From an uncultured Veillonellaceae bacterium (GTDB taxonomy: Bacteria; Bacillota; Negativicutes; JARBTT01), in assembly GCA_963805085.1 (NCBI GenBank), contig CAWDTA010000005.1:544001-608000 (forward strand): DNA of 64,000 nt. The letters run 5' to 3'. Positions 38,488-47,180 of this stretch are shown here, one piece after another. Under the pieces are notes generated by a model. The model saw only the letters and a list, made by a program, of their open reading frames with translations, was not told the origin of the DNA and made no database searches. Positions within the stretch are counted from its first letter, which is position 1. Every line of letters begins with the position of its first letter. The position numbers were made by a program, and so were the translations under genes.

Positions 38488-39328
38488 GTTATCAGCCCAC
38501 GTGAATAACATGGCCTTACATCATTCAGTTTTTGCATTACCGTTTGCTTATATGGGTGCATTTTTGGCAACTGATGGTATTCCTACTTGGTCAAATATTA
38601 TTTGGATTACGATTGCCATGATTGGCGCACGTAGTGCGGCTATGGCGTTAAATAATCTTATTGATTTAAAATATGATAAAATTCATCCGCGGTTTACAAA
38701 ACGTCCGATGGTGACAGGGGAAGTAAAACGCTGGGAAGCAATTGCCTTAATTGTTGTTAGTTTTCTTGTCTTTATTGTAGCGGCTTTACATTTAGCACCA
38801 ATTTGTGTAAAAGTTGCACCAATTGCAGTTTTTCCGTTTGTGATTTATCCTTATATGAAACGCATTACTCCTTATTGTCATTTGGTACTTGGATTAGCAT
38901 TAGCGATGGCACCAATTGGTGGCTGGGTTGCCGTAAAGAGCGAATTGTCTTTGCCGATTCTTTGTCTTGGCACTGCTGTTGCTGTTTGGATTGCAGGTTT
39001 TGATGTGATTTATGGTTGTCAAGATGTTGAGTTTGATAAAGAGCATGACCTAAATTCTATGGCAACTCGTTTTACGGTAGCAGGGGCACTGAAAATAGCC
39101 AAGCTGATGCATTTAATTAGCATTATTTGCTTTATCGCTGTTGGTGTGCTTTTAAATTTAACCTCAATTTATTATATTGGGGTTCTGATTGCGATGATTA
39201 CCCTTGTTTATCAACATTCGATTGTTAGTGCAAATGATCTATCAAGAGTAACACAAGTGTATTTTATGCGTAATGGTGTTGTTGGTATTTCCGTATTTCT
39301 ATTTACATTTGCAAGCCTTGTTTTGTAG
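38480..39328 (+). CDS. UbiA-family prenyltransferase (MqnP-like)
   Basis: HSVFALPF, ARSAAMALNNLID..D..HPR...RP, YPYMKR, GFDVIY..QD..FD; TTG 38480 overlaps ubiD stop. Confidence 0.88.
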   Translation: MSKLSAHVNNMALHHSVFALPFAYMGAFLATDGIPTWSNIIWITIAMIGARSAAMALNNLIDLKYDKIHPRFTKRPMVTGEVKRWEAIALIVVSFLVFIVAALHLAPICVKVAPIAVFPFVIYPYMKRITPYCHLVLGLALAMAPIGGWVAVKSELSLPILCLGTAVAVWIAGFDVIYGCQDVEFDKEHDLNSMATRFTVAGALKIAKLMHLISIICFIAVGVLLNLTSIYYIGVLIAMITLVYQHSIVSANDLSRVTQVYFMRNGVVGISVFLFTFASLVL

Positions 39329-39382
39329 TGCTACAGAAATATGTTGATAGCATACAACAATAAATGATGAGTGAGGTTAACT

Positions 39383-40246
39383 ATGACAGCTAGAGTATTA
39401 GAAGGCAAAGTGTTTGCCAATCAAATAAAAGAAACTGTAAAAAATGATATTGTAGCATTAAAAGAAGAATTTGGTGTGACACCTGGATTGGCTGTCATTA
39501 TCGTTGGTGAAAATCCAGCATCAAGAGTTTATGTTGCAAATAAGCATCGTTCTTGTGGTGATGTTGGGATGTATTCTGAAGTGATAGAAATGCCAGCGGA
39601 TAGCACCAAAGAACAATTGTTAAATAAAATTGCCGAGCTTAACCAATCTGAAAATATTCATGGCATCTTAGTTCAATTGCCGCTTCCAAAGCATATGCGT
39701 GCCGATGAAACAGAAATTTTGAATTTTATTGATCCTGACAAAGATGTTGATGGTTTTCATCCGGTGAATGTTGGTAAGTTATCCATCGGTCAAGAACATC
39801 TTGTGCCGTGTACTCCACTTGGCTGTATTAAAATGTTGGAGCTTGCTGGTATCGATGTTGCAGGTAAACATGCCGTGATCATCGGTCGGAGTAATATCGT
39901 TGGCAAACCAATGTTTAATTTACTATTATCGCGTAATGCTACGGTTACCGTATGTCATTCTTGGACGAAAGATTTAGCAAGTGTTACAAAAGAAGCGGAT
40001 CTTTTAGTGGTAGCAATTGGCAAGCCAAATTTTGTAACTGCTGAAATGATAAAACCAGGTGCAGTTGTTATTGATGTAGGGATTAATCGTATTGCCCCTA
40101 AAAAATTAGCCGGTGATGTTGATTTCGAACAGGTAAAAGAAGTGGCAGGTGCGATTACGCCAGTTCCTGGTGGTGTAGGTTTGCTTACAATTGCAATGCT
40201 GATGCATAATACGGTAAAAGCTGCGCGTATTCAATTAAGAAAATAA
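39383..40246 (+). CDS. folD: Methylene-THF dehydrogenase/cyclohydrolase
   Basis: YVANK, GILVQLPLP, KDVDGFHP, PCTP, GRSNIVGKP, PVPGGVG. Confidence 0.96.
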   Translation: MTARVLEGKVFANQIKETVKNDIVALKEEFGVTPGLAVIIVGENPASRVYVANKHRSCGDVGMYSEVIEMPADSTKEQLLNKIAELNQSENIHGILVQLPLPKHMRADETEILNFIDPDKDVDGFHPVNVGKLSIGQEHLVPCTPLGCIKMLELAGIDVAGKHAVIIGRSNIVGKPMFNLLLSRNATVTVCHSWTKDLASVTKEADLLVVAIGKPNFVTAEMIKPGAVVIDVGINRIAPKKLAGDVDFEQVKEVAGAITPVPGGVGLLTIAMLMHNTVKAARIQLRK

Positions 40247-40296
40247 TGATTTGTTTGAATCGTTTATAATTAAGCTTTATATTTAGGAGGGCCATT

Positions 40297-41964
40297 ATGA
40301 AAAGTGATGTTGAAATAGCGCAAGAGGCAGTGATTCAACCAATCATTGATATCGCCAAACAATTAGATATTCCCGAATCAGAACTAGAATTATATGGTCG
40401 TTATAAGACCAAAGTTTCTTTGTCTACATGGGAGCGTATCAAAGAAAATGAAAATGGTAAATTAATTTTAGTGAGTGCTATTAATCCAACTGCTGCAGGA
40501 GAAGGTAAAACTACTACTAGTGTGGGATTAAGTGACGCTCTTCGCAAAATTGGCAAGAAATCTATTGTTACGCTTCGTGAACCATCGCTTGGACCATGTT
40601 TCGGAATGAAAGGTGGCGCAGCTGGCGGTGGTTATGCGCAAGTTGTGCCAATGGAGGATATCAATCTTCATTTTACTGGTGATTTTCATGCGATTACTTC
40701 AGCTCATAATTTACTTGCAGCGGTAATTGATAATCACATGCAACAAGGGAATGAACTACAGATTGATAATCGTCGGATTACATGGCGGCGTGTTGTCGAC
40801 TTAAATGATCGTGCTTTACGTAATATTGTTTGTGGTATGGGTGGCAAGGCACATGGTATTCCACGGGAAACTGGTTTTGATATTACTGTAGCCTCAGAAA
40901 TGATGGCTATCCTTTGTTTAGCAAAAGATTTAGATGATATGAAAGAACGCATAGGTAAAATCATTGTTGCTTATACCTATGGCGGTAGACCAATTAGAGC
41001 AAAAGAATTAAATGTAACTGGTGCACTCACTTTGTTATTTAAAGATGCGATTAAGCCAAACTTAGTACAAACCTTAGAAGGTACGCCTGCCTTTGTTCAT
41101 GGTGGACCATTTGCCAATATTGCGCATGGTTGTAATAGTATTATGGCTACGAAATTCGCGCTTAAATTAGCCGATGTTGTCGTTACGGAAGCCGGCTTTG
41201 GGGCTGATCTTGGGGCTGAAAAGTTTCTAGATATCAAATGCCGTTTTGCTGGGATCAAGCCGGATGCGGTTGTTCTCGTAGCAACTGTACGCGCTTTAAA
41301 AATGCATGGTGGTATGGAAAAAACAGAACTTGGTACTGTTGATATGGCAGCGCTAGAAGCTGGACTCGCGAATTTAACAAAGCATATTGAAAATATGAAA
41401 AAATTTGGTTTGCCAACAGTTGTTGCCATTAATGCATTTCCTACAGATACTGAAGATGAATTGAAATTTGTAGAAGCAAAATGTAATGAAATGGGTGCAG
41501 AAGTTGCAATTTCTGAAGTATGGGCAAAAGGTGGCCTAGGCGGCGTAGACCTTGCGAAAAAAGTAATAGCGGCTACGGAAAAGCCAAGTAGTTTTCAATA
41601 TTTATATGATGTAGAGGCAACGATTGAAGAAAAAATTGAAATCATTGCCCGAGAAATATATGGTGCTGACGGTGTAGACTATACGGTAGCAGCTAAGAAA
41701 ACGATCAAAGAATTGACGGAACTTGGACTTACGAATACACCGATTTGTATGGCGAAGACACAATATTCGTTTACAGATGATCAAACAAAACTTGGCCGTC
41801 CAACTGACTTTAAAATTACAGTTCGTGAAATTAAGATTGCCGCTGGTGCAGGCTTTATTGTTGCAATGACTGGTAATATTTTAACAATGCCGGGATTACC
41901 AAAAGTTCCAGCAGCGGAAAAAATGAACATTACAAATGATGGAAAAATTACTGGCTTATTCTAA
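40297..41964 (+). CDS. fhs: Formate-tetrahydrofolate ligase
   Basis: [36 protein letters not shown]. Confidence 0.97.
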   Translation: MKSDVEIAQEAVIQPIIDIAKQLDIPESELELYGRYKTKVSLSTWERIKENENGKLILVSAINPTAAGEGKTTTSVGLSDALRKIGKKSIVTLREPSLGPCFGMKGGAAGGGYAQVVPMEDINLHFTGDFHAITSAHNLLAAVIDNHMQQGNELQIDNRRITWRRVVDLNDRALRNIVCGMGGKAHGIPRETGFDITVASEMMAILCLAKDLDDMKERIGKIIVAYTYGGRPIRAKELNVTGALTLLFKDAIKPNLVQTLEGTPAFVHGGPFANIAHGCNSIMATKFALKLADVVVTEAGFGADLGAEKFLDIKCRFAGIKPDAVVLVATVRALKMHGGMEKTELGTVDMAALEAGLANLTKHIENMKKFGLPTVVAINAFPTDTEDELKFVEAKCNEMGAEVAISEVWAKGGLGGVDLAKKVIAATEKPSSFQYLYDVEATIEEKIEIIAREIYGADGVDYTVAAKKTIKELTELGLTNTPICMAKTQYSFTDDQTKLGRPTDFKITVREIKIAAGAGFIVAMTGNILTMPGLPKVPAAEKMNITNDGKITGLF

Positions 41965-41991
41965 AAGAAAGCTTTTACTTTCATAGGGAGG

Positions 41992-42744
41992 TTGAATATG
42001 GTTAGAATTTCTGTTGAATTAGTACCACGTGATGAAGCAGCAATCAATGAAGAACTACAAGTATTAAAGGATAACTTTGATTGTATTGATGTCATCAACG
42101 TGCCGGAATTATTAAGATATGATGTTCGTAGTTGGGAAGGCGCAAAAATTGCGAAAAAATTCTATGAGAATACAATGCCTCATATTAGAGCCATTGATAT
42201 TAATTTAGATAAACCATTACCAATGGCAAAATTTTTAGTGGAGAATAGCATCAATGAAGTTCTTGTGATCGCTGGTGATCCACCACAAGATATGACGCGA
42301 AAAATATATCCTACAGTAAGTACGGATGTCATTCGTAAATTCCGTGATGAATTGCCACATATTAAAGTTTATGCCGGGATTGATCAATATCGTTGTAGCA
42401 TGCGCCAAGAAGAATATAATATCAGACGCAAAGTTCAAGCTGGTGCTGCTGGATTTTTCACACAGCCATTTTTTGATTTGCGGTATATGGAAATGTATGC
42501 GGATATGCTTGAAGGTAGGGAAGTTTACTGGGGGGTATCACCAGTGATGTCGGAACGTTCTGTAAACTACTGGGAAACTAAGAACAATGTAATTTTTCCA
42601 CGCAATTTTAAACCAATGTTAGAGTGGAATATTGATTTTGCGAGAAAAACAATGGATTTTGTTAAAAAGAATGATGCAAATATTTATCTTATGCCGATAA
42701 AAACTAATTTATTACCATATTTAACAGGGGCATTTCAAAAATAA
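41992..42744 (+). CDS. metF: Methylenetetrahydrofolate reductase family protein (short form)
   Basis: ISVELVP, PHIR, GD, K..AGA..FFTQPFFD; follows folD-fhs. Confidence 0.75.
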   Translation: MNMVRISVELVPRDEAAINEELQVLKDNFDCIDVINVPELLRYDVRSWEGAKIAKKFYENTMPHIRAIDINLDKPLPMAKFLVENSINEVLVIAGDPPQDMTRKIYPTVSTDVIRKFRDELPHIKVYAGIDQYRCSMRQEEYNIRRKVQAGAAGFFTQPFFDLRYMEMYADMLEGREVYWGVSPVMSERSVNYWETKNNVIFPRNFKPMLEWNIDFARKTMDFVKKNDANIYLMPIKTNLLPYLTGAFQK

Positions 42745-42751
42745 AACAGTT

Positions 42752-42795
42752 AAAAACGCAGTTTGGATGATAGATTCCGACTGCGTTTTTATTTT
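42752..42795 (+). terminator. Terminator after metF
   Basis: AAAAACGCAGT...ACTGCGTTTTT. Confidence 0.8.
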
Positions 42796-42939
42796 AAAAT
42801 GTGTAGTTATTTTTATAATTGCAGACAATTTAATAAAATTTATTTATCATCATGTGAAATTTGGTACATTCTGTGATATAATTTATGTAGTGAAACAATA
42901 AAAATGTTTTCGAAATATTTTCTTTAGGAGCGTGAACAA

Positions 42940-43803
42940 ATGTATAAAATTCTTACAAAAAAAGAATTGTCGCAGGGTGTGTTGCTTTTTGAATTAGAAG
43001 CAGCTCGTATTGCGAAGAAAGCTGAGCCAGGTCAGTTTGTTATTGTGCGCACGGATGAAGAAGGAGAAAGAGTACCACTTACTATTGCTGATTTCGATCG
43101 CGTAAAAGGTACGATTACAATTATATTTCAAGAAGTTGGTGCATCAACGAAACAGCTTGGTAGTTTTTGCGAAGGTGATAGCATCTTAGATTTAGTTGGA
43201 CCATTAGGCAAAAAAACGCACATCGAAAAAATGGGTAATGTGATTTGTATTGGTGGAGGTATTGGTGTAGCGCCGATTTATCCGATTGCTCGCGGGATGA
43301 AGCAAGCGGGCAATCATGTGATTTCCATTATGGGTGCGAGAAATAAAGATATTTTGATTTTAGAAGAAGAAATGAATGCTGTGAATGATGAAGTATATAT
43401 CACGACAGATGATGGGTCTAAAGGGCATAAAGGGTTTGTAACCGATCAATTAAAAATGTTAATTGACTCTGGAATGGAAATAAGTACAGTTATTGCGATT
43501 GGCCCTGTTGTTATGATGCGTAGTGTTGCTGAAACGACGCGTCCATATGGGATAAAAACCCTTGTTAGTTTAAATCCAATCATGGTGGATGGCACTGGTA
43601 TGTGTGGTGGCTGTCGGGTACAAGTTGGTGATGAGAGTAAATTTGCTTGTGTAGATGGTCCTGAATTTGATGCTCATCAAGTAGATTTTGCTGGGCTAAT
43701 GTCTCGCCAACGTATGTATAAGACGCAAGAGGCCGCGCATGAATGTCATTGCGCGGATCAAAGCAAAAAGCAAGGAGGCGACTGTCAATGTCAATCTCAT
43801 TGA
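42940..43803 (+). CDS. nfnA: Electron-bifurcating transhydrogenase small subunit (NfnA/SudB)
   Basis: GERVPLTIAD, GGGIG, MVDGTGMCGGCRV, FACVDGPEFD. Confidence 0.88.
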   Translation: MYKILTKKELSQGVLLFELEAARIAKKAEPGQFVIVRTDEEGERVPLTIADFDRVKGTITIIFQEVGASTKQLGSFCEGDSILDLVGPLGKKTHIEKMGNVICIGGGIGVAPIYPIARGMKQAGNHVISIMGARNKDILILEEEMNAVNDEVYITTDDGSKGHKGFVTDQLKMLIDSGMEISTVIAIGPVVMMRSVAETTRPYGIKTLVSLNPIMVDGTGMCGGCRVQVGDESKFACVDGPEFDAHQVDFAGLMSRQRMYKTQEAAHECHCADQSKKQGGDCQCQSH

Positions 43804-45191
43804 CCAAACATGCAATGCCAGAACAGGAACCAAAAGTTCGGGCAAGAAATTTTGATGAGGTTACTCTAGGTTATAGTAAAGAAACTGCAATGGCAGAAGC
43901 AGAGCGCTGTCTGAATTGCAAAAAACCATTGTGCCGCCAAGGGTGTCCCGTAGAAATAGATATACCAGCCTTTATTAGTCATGTCAAAGAGGGCAAGTTT
44001 GAAGAGGCATTAACGGAAATAAAAAGTGTGAATAGTTTACCGGCAGTATGCGGACGTGTTTGTCCACAAGAAGAACAATGTGAAAAACATTGTATTTTGG
44101 CAAAACGTGGTGAATCAGTGGCGATTGGTCGGTTAGAACGATTTGTTGCGGATTATTCTATGGGACAAGGGGAAACGATTCAACCGATTGAATACGCTCC
44201 TGATGCCCAGAAGGTAGCGATTATTGGGTCTGGCCCTGCTGGTCTTGCAGCAGCTGGTGATTTGGCGAAATTTGGCTATCAAGTAACGATTTTTGAAGCA
44301 CTTCATACAGCTGGTGGCGTTTTATCTTATGGTATTCCTGAATTTAGGCTTCCTAAAGATAAAATTGTAAAAACTGAAATTGATAATTTGTGTAAAATGG
44401 GTGTGAAAATCGAAGTTAATTCAGTTGTTGGTAAATTGGTTACCATAGATGAATTGATGGAAGAAGAAGGTTTCGATTCTGTATTTATTGCTACTGGTGC
44501 AGGCTTGCCTCATTTCATGAGGATTCCTGGCGAAAACCTAAATGGCGTTTATGCAGCAAATGAATTTTTAACGCGTTGTAATTTAATGAAAGCGTATAAA
44601 TTCCCTAATCATGCAACGCCACTTCATGTTGGTAAAAATGTTGCTGTCGTTGGCGGTGGCAATGTAGCAATGGATGCAGCACGTACAGCACTTCGTTTAG
44701 GTGCAGAGCATGTATATATTGTGTATCGTCGTAGTGAAGCGGAACTACCAGCTCGTTTAGAAGAAGTACATCATGCAAAAGATGAAGGCATTGATTTTAA
44801 GTTATTAAATAATCCAGTCGCTGTTGTTGGCGACGAACAAGGTTGGGTTAAGGGGCTAAAATGTATTCAAATGGAACTTGGTGAGCCTGATTCGTCTGGT
44901 CGTCGTCGTCCAGTAGCAATTGAAGACTCAGAATTTGAACTTGCGGTGGATACGGTTGTTATTGCAATTGGTCAGGGACCAAATCCATTGGTGCAATCAA
45001 CAACGCCTGGTCTTGAGACCAACAAACACGGCAATATTATTGCCGATGAAGAAACTGGTGCAACGAGCAAACCAGGTGTATTTGCTGGTGGTGATATTGT
45101 AACAGGCGCTGCAACAGTTATTCTTGCAATGGGAGCAGGTAAAAAAGCTGCAGTTGCGATTGATCAATATTTAAAAGAAAAACGTGCGTAA
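43788..45191 (+). CDS. nfnB: Electron-bifurcating transhydrogenase large subunit (NfnB/SudA, GltD-like)
   Basis: RCLNC..P.C..GCP, CGRVCPQEEQCE, GSGPAG, GGGNVAMD; ATG 43788 after AGGAGG. Confidence 0.88.
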   Translation: MSISLTKHAMPEQEPKVRARNFDEVTLGYSKETAMAEAERCLNCKKPLCRQGCPVEIDIPAFISHVKEGKFEEALTEIKSVNSLPAVCGRVCPQEEQCEKHCILAKRGESVAIGRLERFVADYSMGQGETIQPIEYAPDAQKVAIIGSGPAGLAAAGDLAKFGYQVTIFEALHTAGGVLSYGIPEFRLPKDKIVKTEIDNLCKMGVKIEVNSVVGKLVTIDELMEEEGFDSVFIATGAGLPHFMRIPGENLNGVYAANEFLTRCNLMKAYKFPNHATPLHVGKNVAVVGGGNVAMDAARTALRLGAEHVYIVYRRSEAELPARLEEVHHAKDEGIDFKLLNNPVAVVGDEQGWVKGLKCIQMELGEPDSSGRRRPVAIEDSEFELAVDTVVIAIGQGPNPLVQSTTPGLETNKHGNIIADEETGATSKPGVFAGGDIVTGAATVILAMGAGKKAAVAIDQYLKEKRA

Positions 45192-45210
45192 TAGATTAAA
45201 TAGAAATTTG

Positions 45211-45249
45211 GAGGCTATTGCAGAAGAAAAATGTAATAGCCTCTTTTCT
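45211..45249 (+). terminator. Terminator after nfnB
   Basis: GAGGCTATTGCA...TGTAATAGCCTC plus TTTT. Confidence 0.8.
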
Positions 45250-45351
45250 ATGATTTTATTAGATTATAAAATTTTATTGCGACACTATCGCTTATGGGTT
45301 ACAATAATTTAGGTATAAGTGATGTAAGTTATATAGAAAGGTAATACAGTT

Positions 45352-45909
45352 ATGAATTTTGTTGCAATAGATTTTGAAACGGCAAACAGTAAGCGAAATA
45401 GTGCTTGTAGTGTTGCTGTTGTTGAAGTGAAAGATGGAAAAATATTTGACTCTTATTATGCCTTGATTAAGCCACCGCGCATGGAGTTTAATTATACGAA
45501 TATTCAAATCCATGGGATTACGCCAAATGATGTCCGTGATAAGCCAACCTTTGCGGGGATTTGGCGGGAATTAAAGCCTTGTTTGGACAATAAAATAGTG
45601 ATTGCGCATAATGCGAGTTTTGATATGAGTGTGTTAAAAGGTTGTATCAATGAGTATCAGCTAGAACCACCGAAGTTCCAACATTTTTGTACGGTAAGTA
45701 TCGCGAGAAAGGTTTGGCCGCAGCTCGAAGACCATAAACTAGGCACGCTTGGTCAGTACTTTAACATTGATTTTAACCATCACAATGCATTGGATGATGC
45801 AAGGACTTGTGCAGCGATTGCGTTGTTGGCGGGAAAAGAATTGAGGGTAACTAATTTTACACAACTAGCGCATAAAATTGAATTACCCATTAAAAATTTC
45901 AAGCTGTAA
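45352..45909 (+). CDS. DEDDh 3'-5' exonuclease (DnaQ-like)
   Basis: AIDFETA, AHNASFD, HHNALDDA. Confidence 0.92.
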   Translation: MNFVAIDFETANSKRNSACSVAVVEVKDGKIFDSYYALIKPPRMEFNYTNIQIHGITPNDVRDKPTFAGIWRELKPCLDNKIVIAHNASFDMSVLKGCINEYQLEPPKFQHFCTVSIARKVWPQLEDHKLGTLGQYFNIDFNHHNALDDARTCAAIALLAGKELRVTNFTQLAHKIELPIKNFKL

Positions 45910-45922
45910 GTGGGGGCTTCAC

Positions 45923-46432
45923 ATGATTTTAGTTAGTGCCTGTTTATTAGCCCATAAGGTAAGGTATAACGGAGGCGCAGATGCGCATGATCTTTTAATG
46001 AAATATAATGAAAAGGGAAATTTAATTGCCATTTGCCCAGAGTGTTTGGGAAAACTCCCAATTCCGCGTCCACCTGCGGAAATTATCAATGGAAGTGGCC
46101 AAGAGGTTTTGACTGGAACTGCAAAAATAATGAACAAACTTGCCGATGATGTGACAATGAACTTTGTTGCTGGGGCGGAAATATTGTTGACAATTGCTGT
46201 GCAATATGGTGTTAAAGCTGCTATTTTAAAAGAGCGCAGTCCCTCTTGTGGTGTTCACCAAATCTATGATGGTACTTTTAGTGGTACGAAAATAGTAGGA
46301 CAAGGCGTAGCCGCAGCGCTACTTAGTCAGCGTGGAATCAAGCTGTATTCAGAAGAAGACATTACCGAACAAATGCTAAAAGACCTCGGTGCAGATGAAA
46401 CGAACGATAGACAAAAGTATTTGACATTATAG
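45923..46432 (+). CDS. DUF523 family protein (TudS thiouracil desulfidase-like)
   Basis: ILVSACL...VRYNG, CPE, PR, LKERSPSCG. Confidence 0.88.
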   Translation: MILVSACLLAHKVRYNGGADAHDLLMKYNEKGNLIAICPECLGKLPIPRPPAEIINGSGQEVLTGTAKIMNKLADDVTMNFVAGAEILLTIAVQYGVKAAILKERSPSCGVHQIYDGTFSGTKIVGQGVAAALLSQRGIKLYSEEDITEQMLKDLGADETNDRQKYLTL

Positions 46433-46481
46433 AACCCTTATGATAGTATATAAAAGTCGATTGACGGTAACGTTGTCACAT

Positions 46482-46564
46482 GCGGGTGTGGCGGAATTGG
46501 CAGACGCACCAGACTTAGGATCTGGCGGGTAACCGTGGGGGTTCAAGTCCCTTCACCCGCACCA
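46482..46564 (+). tRNA. tRNA-Leu (TAG), second copy
   Basis: GCGGGTG/CACCCGC, CCAGA-CTTAGGA-TCTGG, TTCAAGT, CCA. Confidence 0.97.
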
Positions 46565-46576
46565 TTTGAAATTTAT

Positions 46577-46607
46577 GACCTCTGTGAGAAATCACAGAGG
46601 TTTTTGT
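46577..46607 (+). terminator. tRNA terminator
   Basis: GACCTCTGTGA-GAAA-TCACAGAGGTT plus T tract. Confidence 0.88.
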
Positions 46608-46641
46608 ATATTATCAGATCGTTACAAAAGGAGGTTTACGA

Positions 46642-46806
46642 ATGAGTGAGGCTAAAAATAGTTCAGACACTAGAAAAAAGATACAACAACAAATATCCTT
46701 ATTAAGGCAGCAATTGAATCATGACAATAATGATTTAGAATTTGAAACGCATTTGCATATGATTAGAGATCTTGAAAGTTTGTTAAAAACAAAATCACGA
46801 GCTTAG
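46642..46806 (+). CDS. Small hypothetical protein, 54 aa (absent from ORF track)
   Basis: SD AAGGAGGT then ATG; MSEAKNSSDTRKKIQQQISLLRQQLNHDNNDLEFETHLHMIRDLESLLKTKSRA. Confidence 0.6.
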   Translation: MSEAKNSSDTRKKIQQQISLLRQQLNHDNNDLEFETHLHMIRDLESLLKTKSRA

Positions 46807-46899
46807 GATCCTTGCTGTGATGGAACTGTTATGCAACTCATTTTTAAGACCACTATTGACAAGTAGGTATAAAAAGCTGTATATTATTTTATATATTTA

Positions 46900-47150
46900 A
46901 AAACGATGAAGAGAAGAGTACGTTAATATTTGACTGTTTAGAGAGGAAGCCCTTGGCTGAAAGGTTTCTCGGTGAATATAACGGAAGGTAGCCTCGGAGT
47001 TATTATGCTGAACGCTAAAGTAGGCATAATCGCAAGCGCAGCGTTATTGCGGTCGAGTTTTGCAAATACTTGTGATTTGCGAAAGAAGTTAAGGTGGTAT
47101 CACGAAAGTTAGCTCTTTCGTCCTTTTTAGGACGGGGGAGTTTTTTTATT
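46900..47150 (+). ncRNA. T-box riboswitch (Val)
   Basis: AGAGAG and GGCTGAA stem-I motifs, specifier GTA 46988-46990, T-box AAGGTGGTATCACG 47091-47104, terminator 47112-47147; upstream of valS. Confidence 0.92.
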
Positions 47151-47180
47151 TCTGATTTAAATTTGGAGGCATTGGTGTAA

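Noticed and set aside
43788-45191. Glutamate synthase small subunit call
   Set aside because: Paired with an NfnA-type gene and no gltB; NfnAB is the better explanation
46802-46810. CTTAGGATC matching the tRNA-Leu anticodon loop as an att-site remnant
   Set aside because: Only 9 nt, and no integrase or mobile genes nearby
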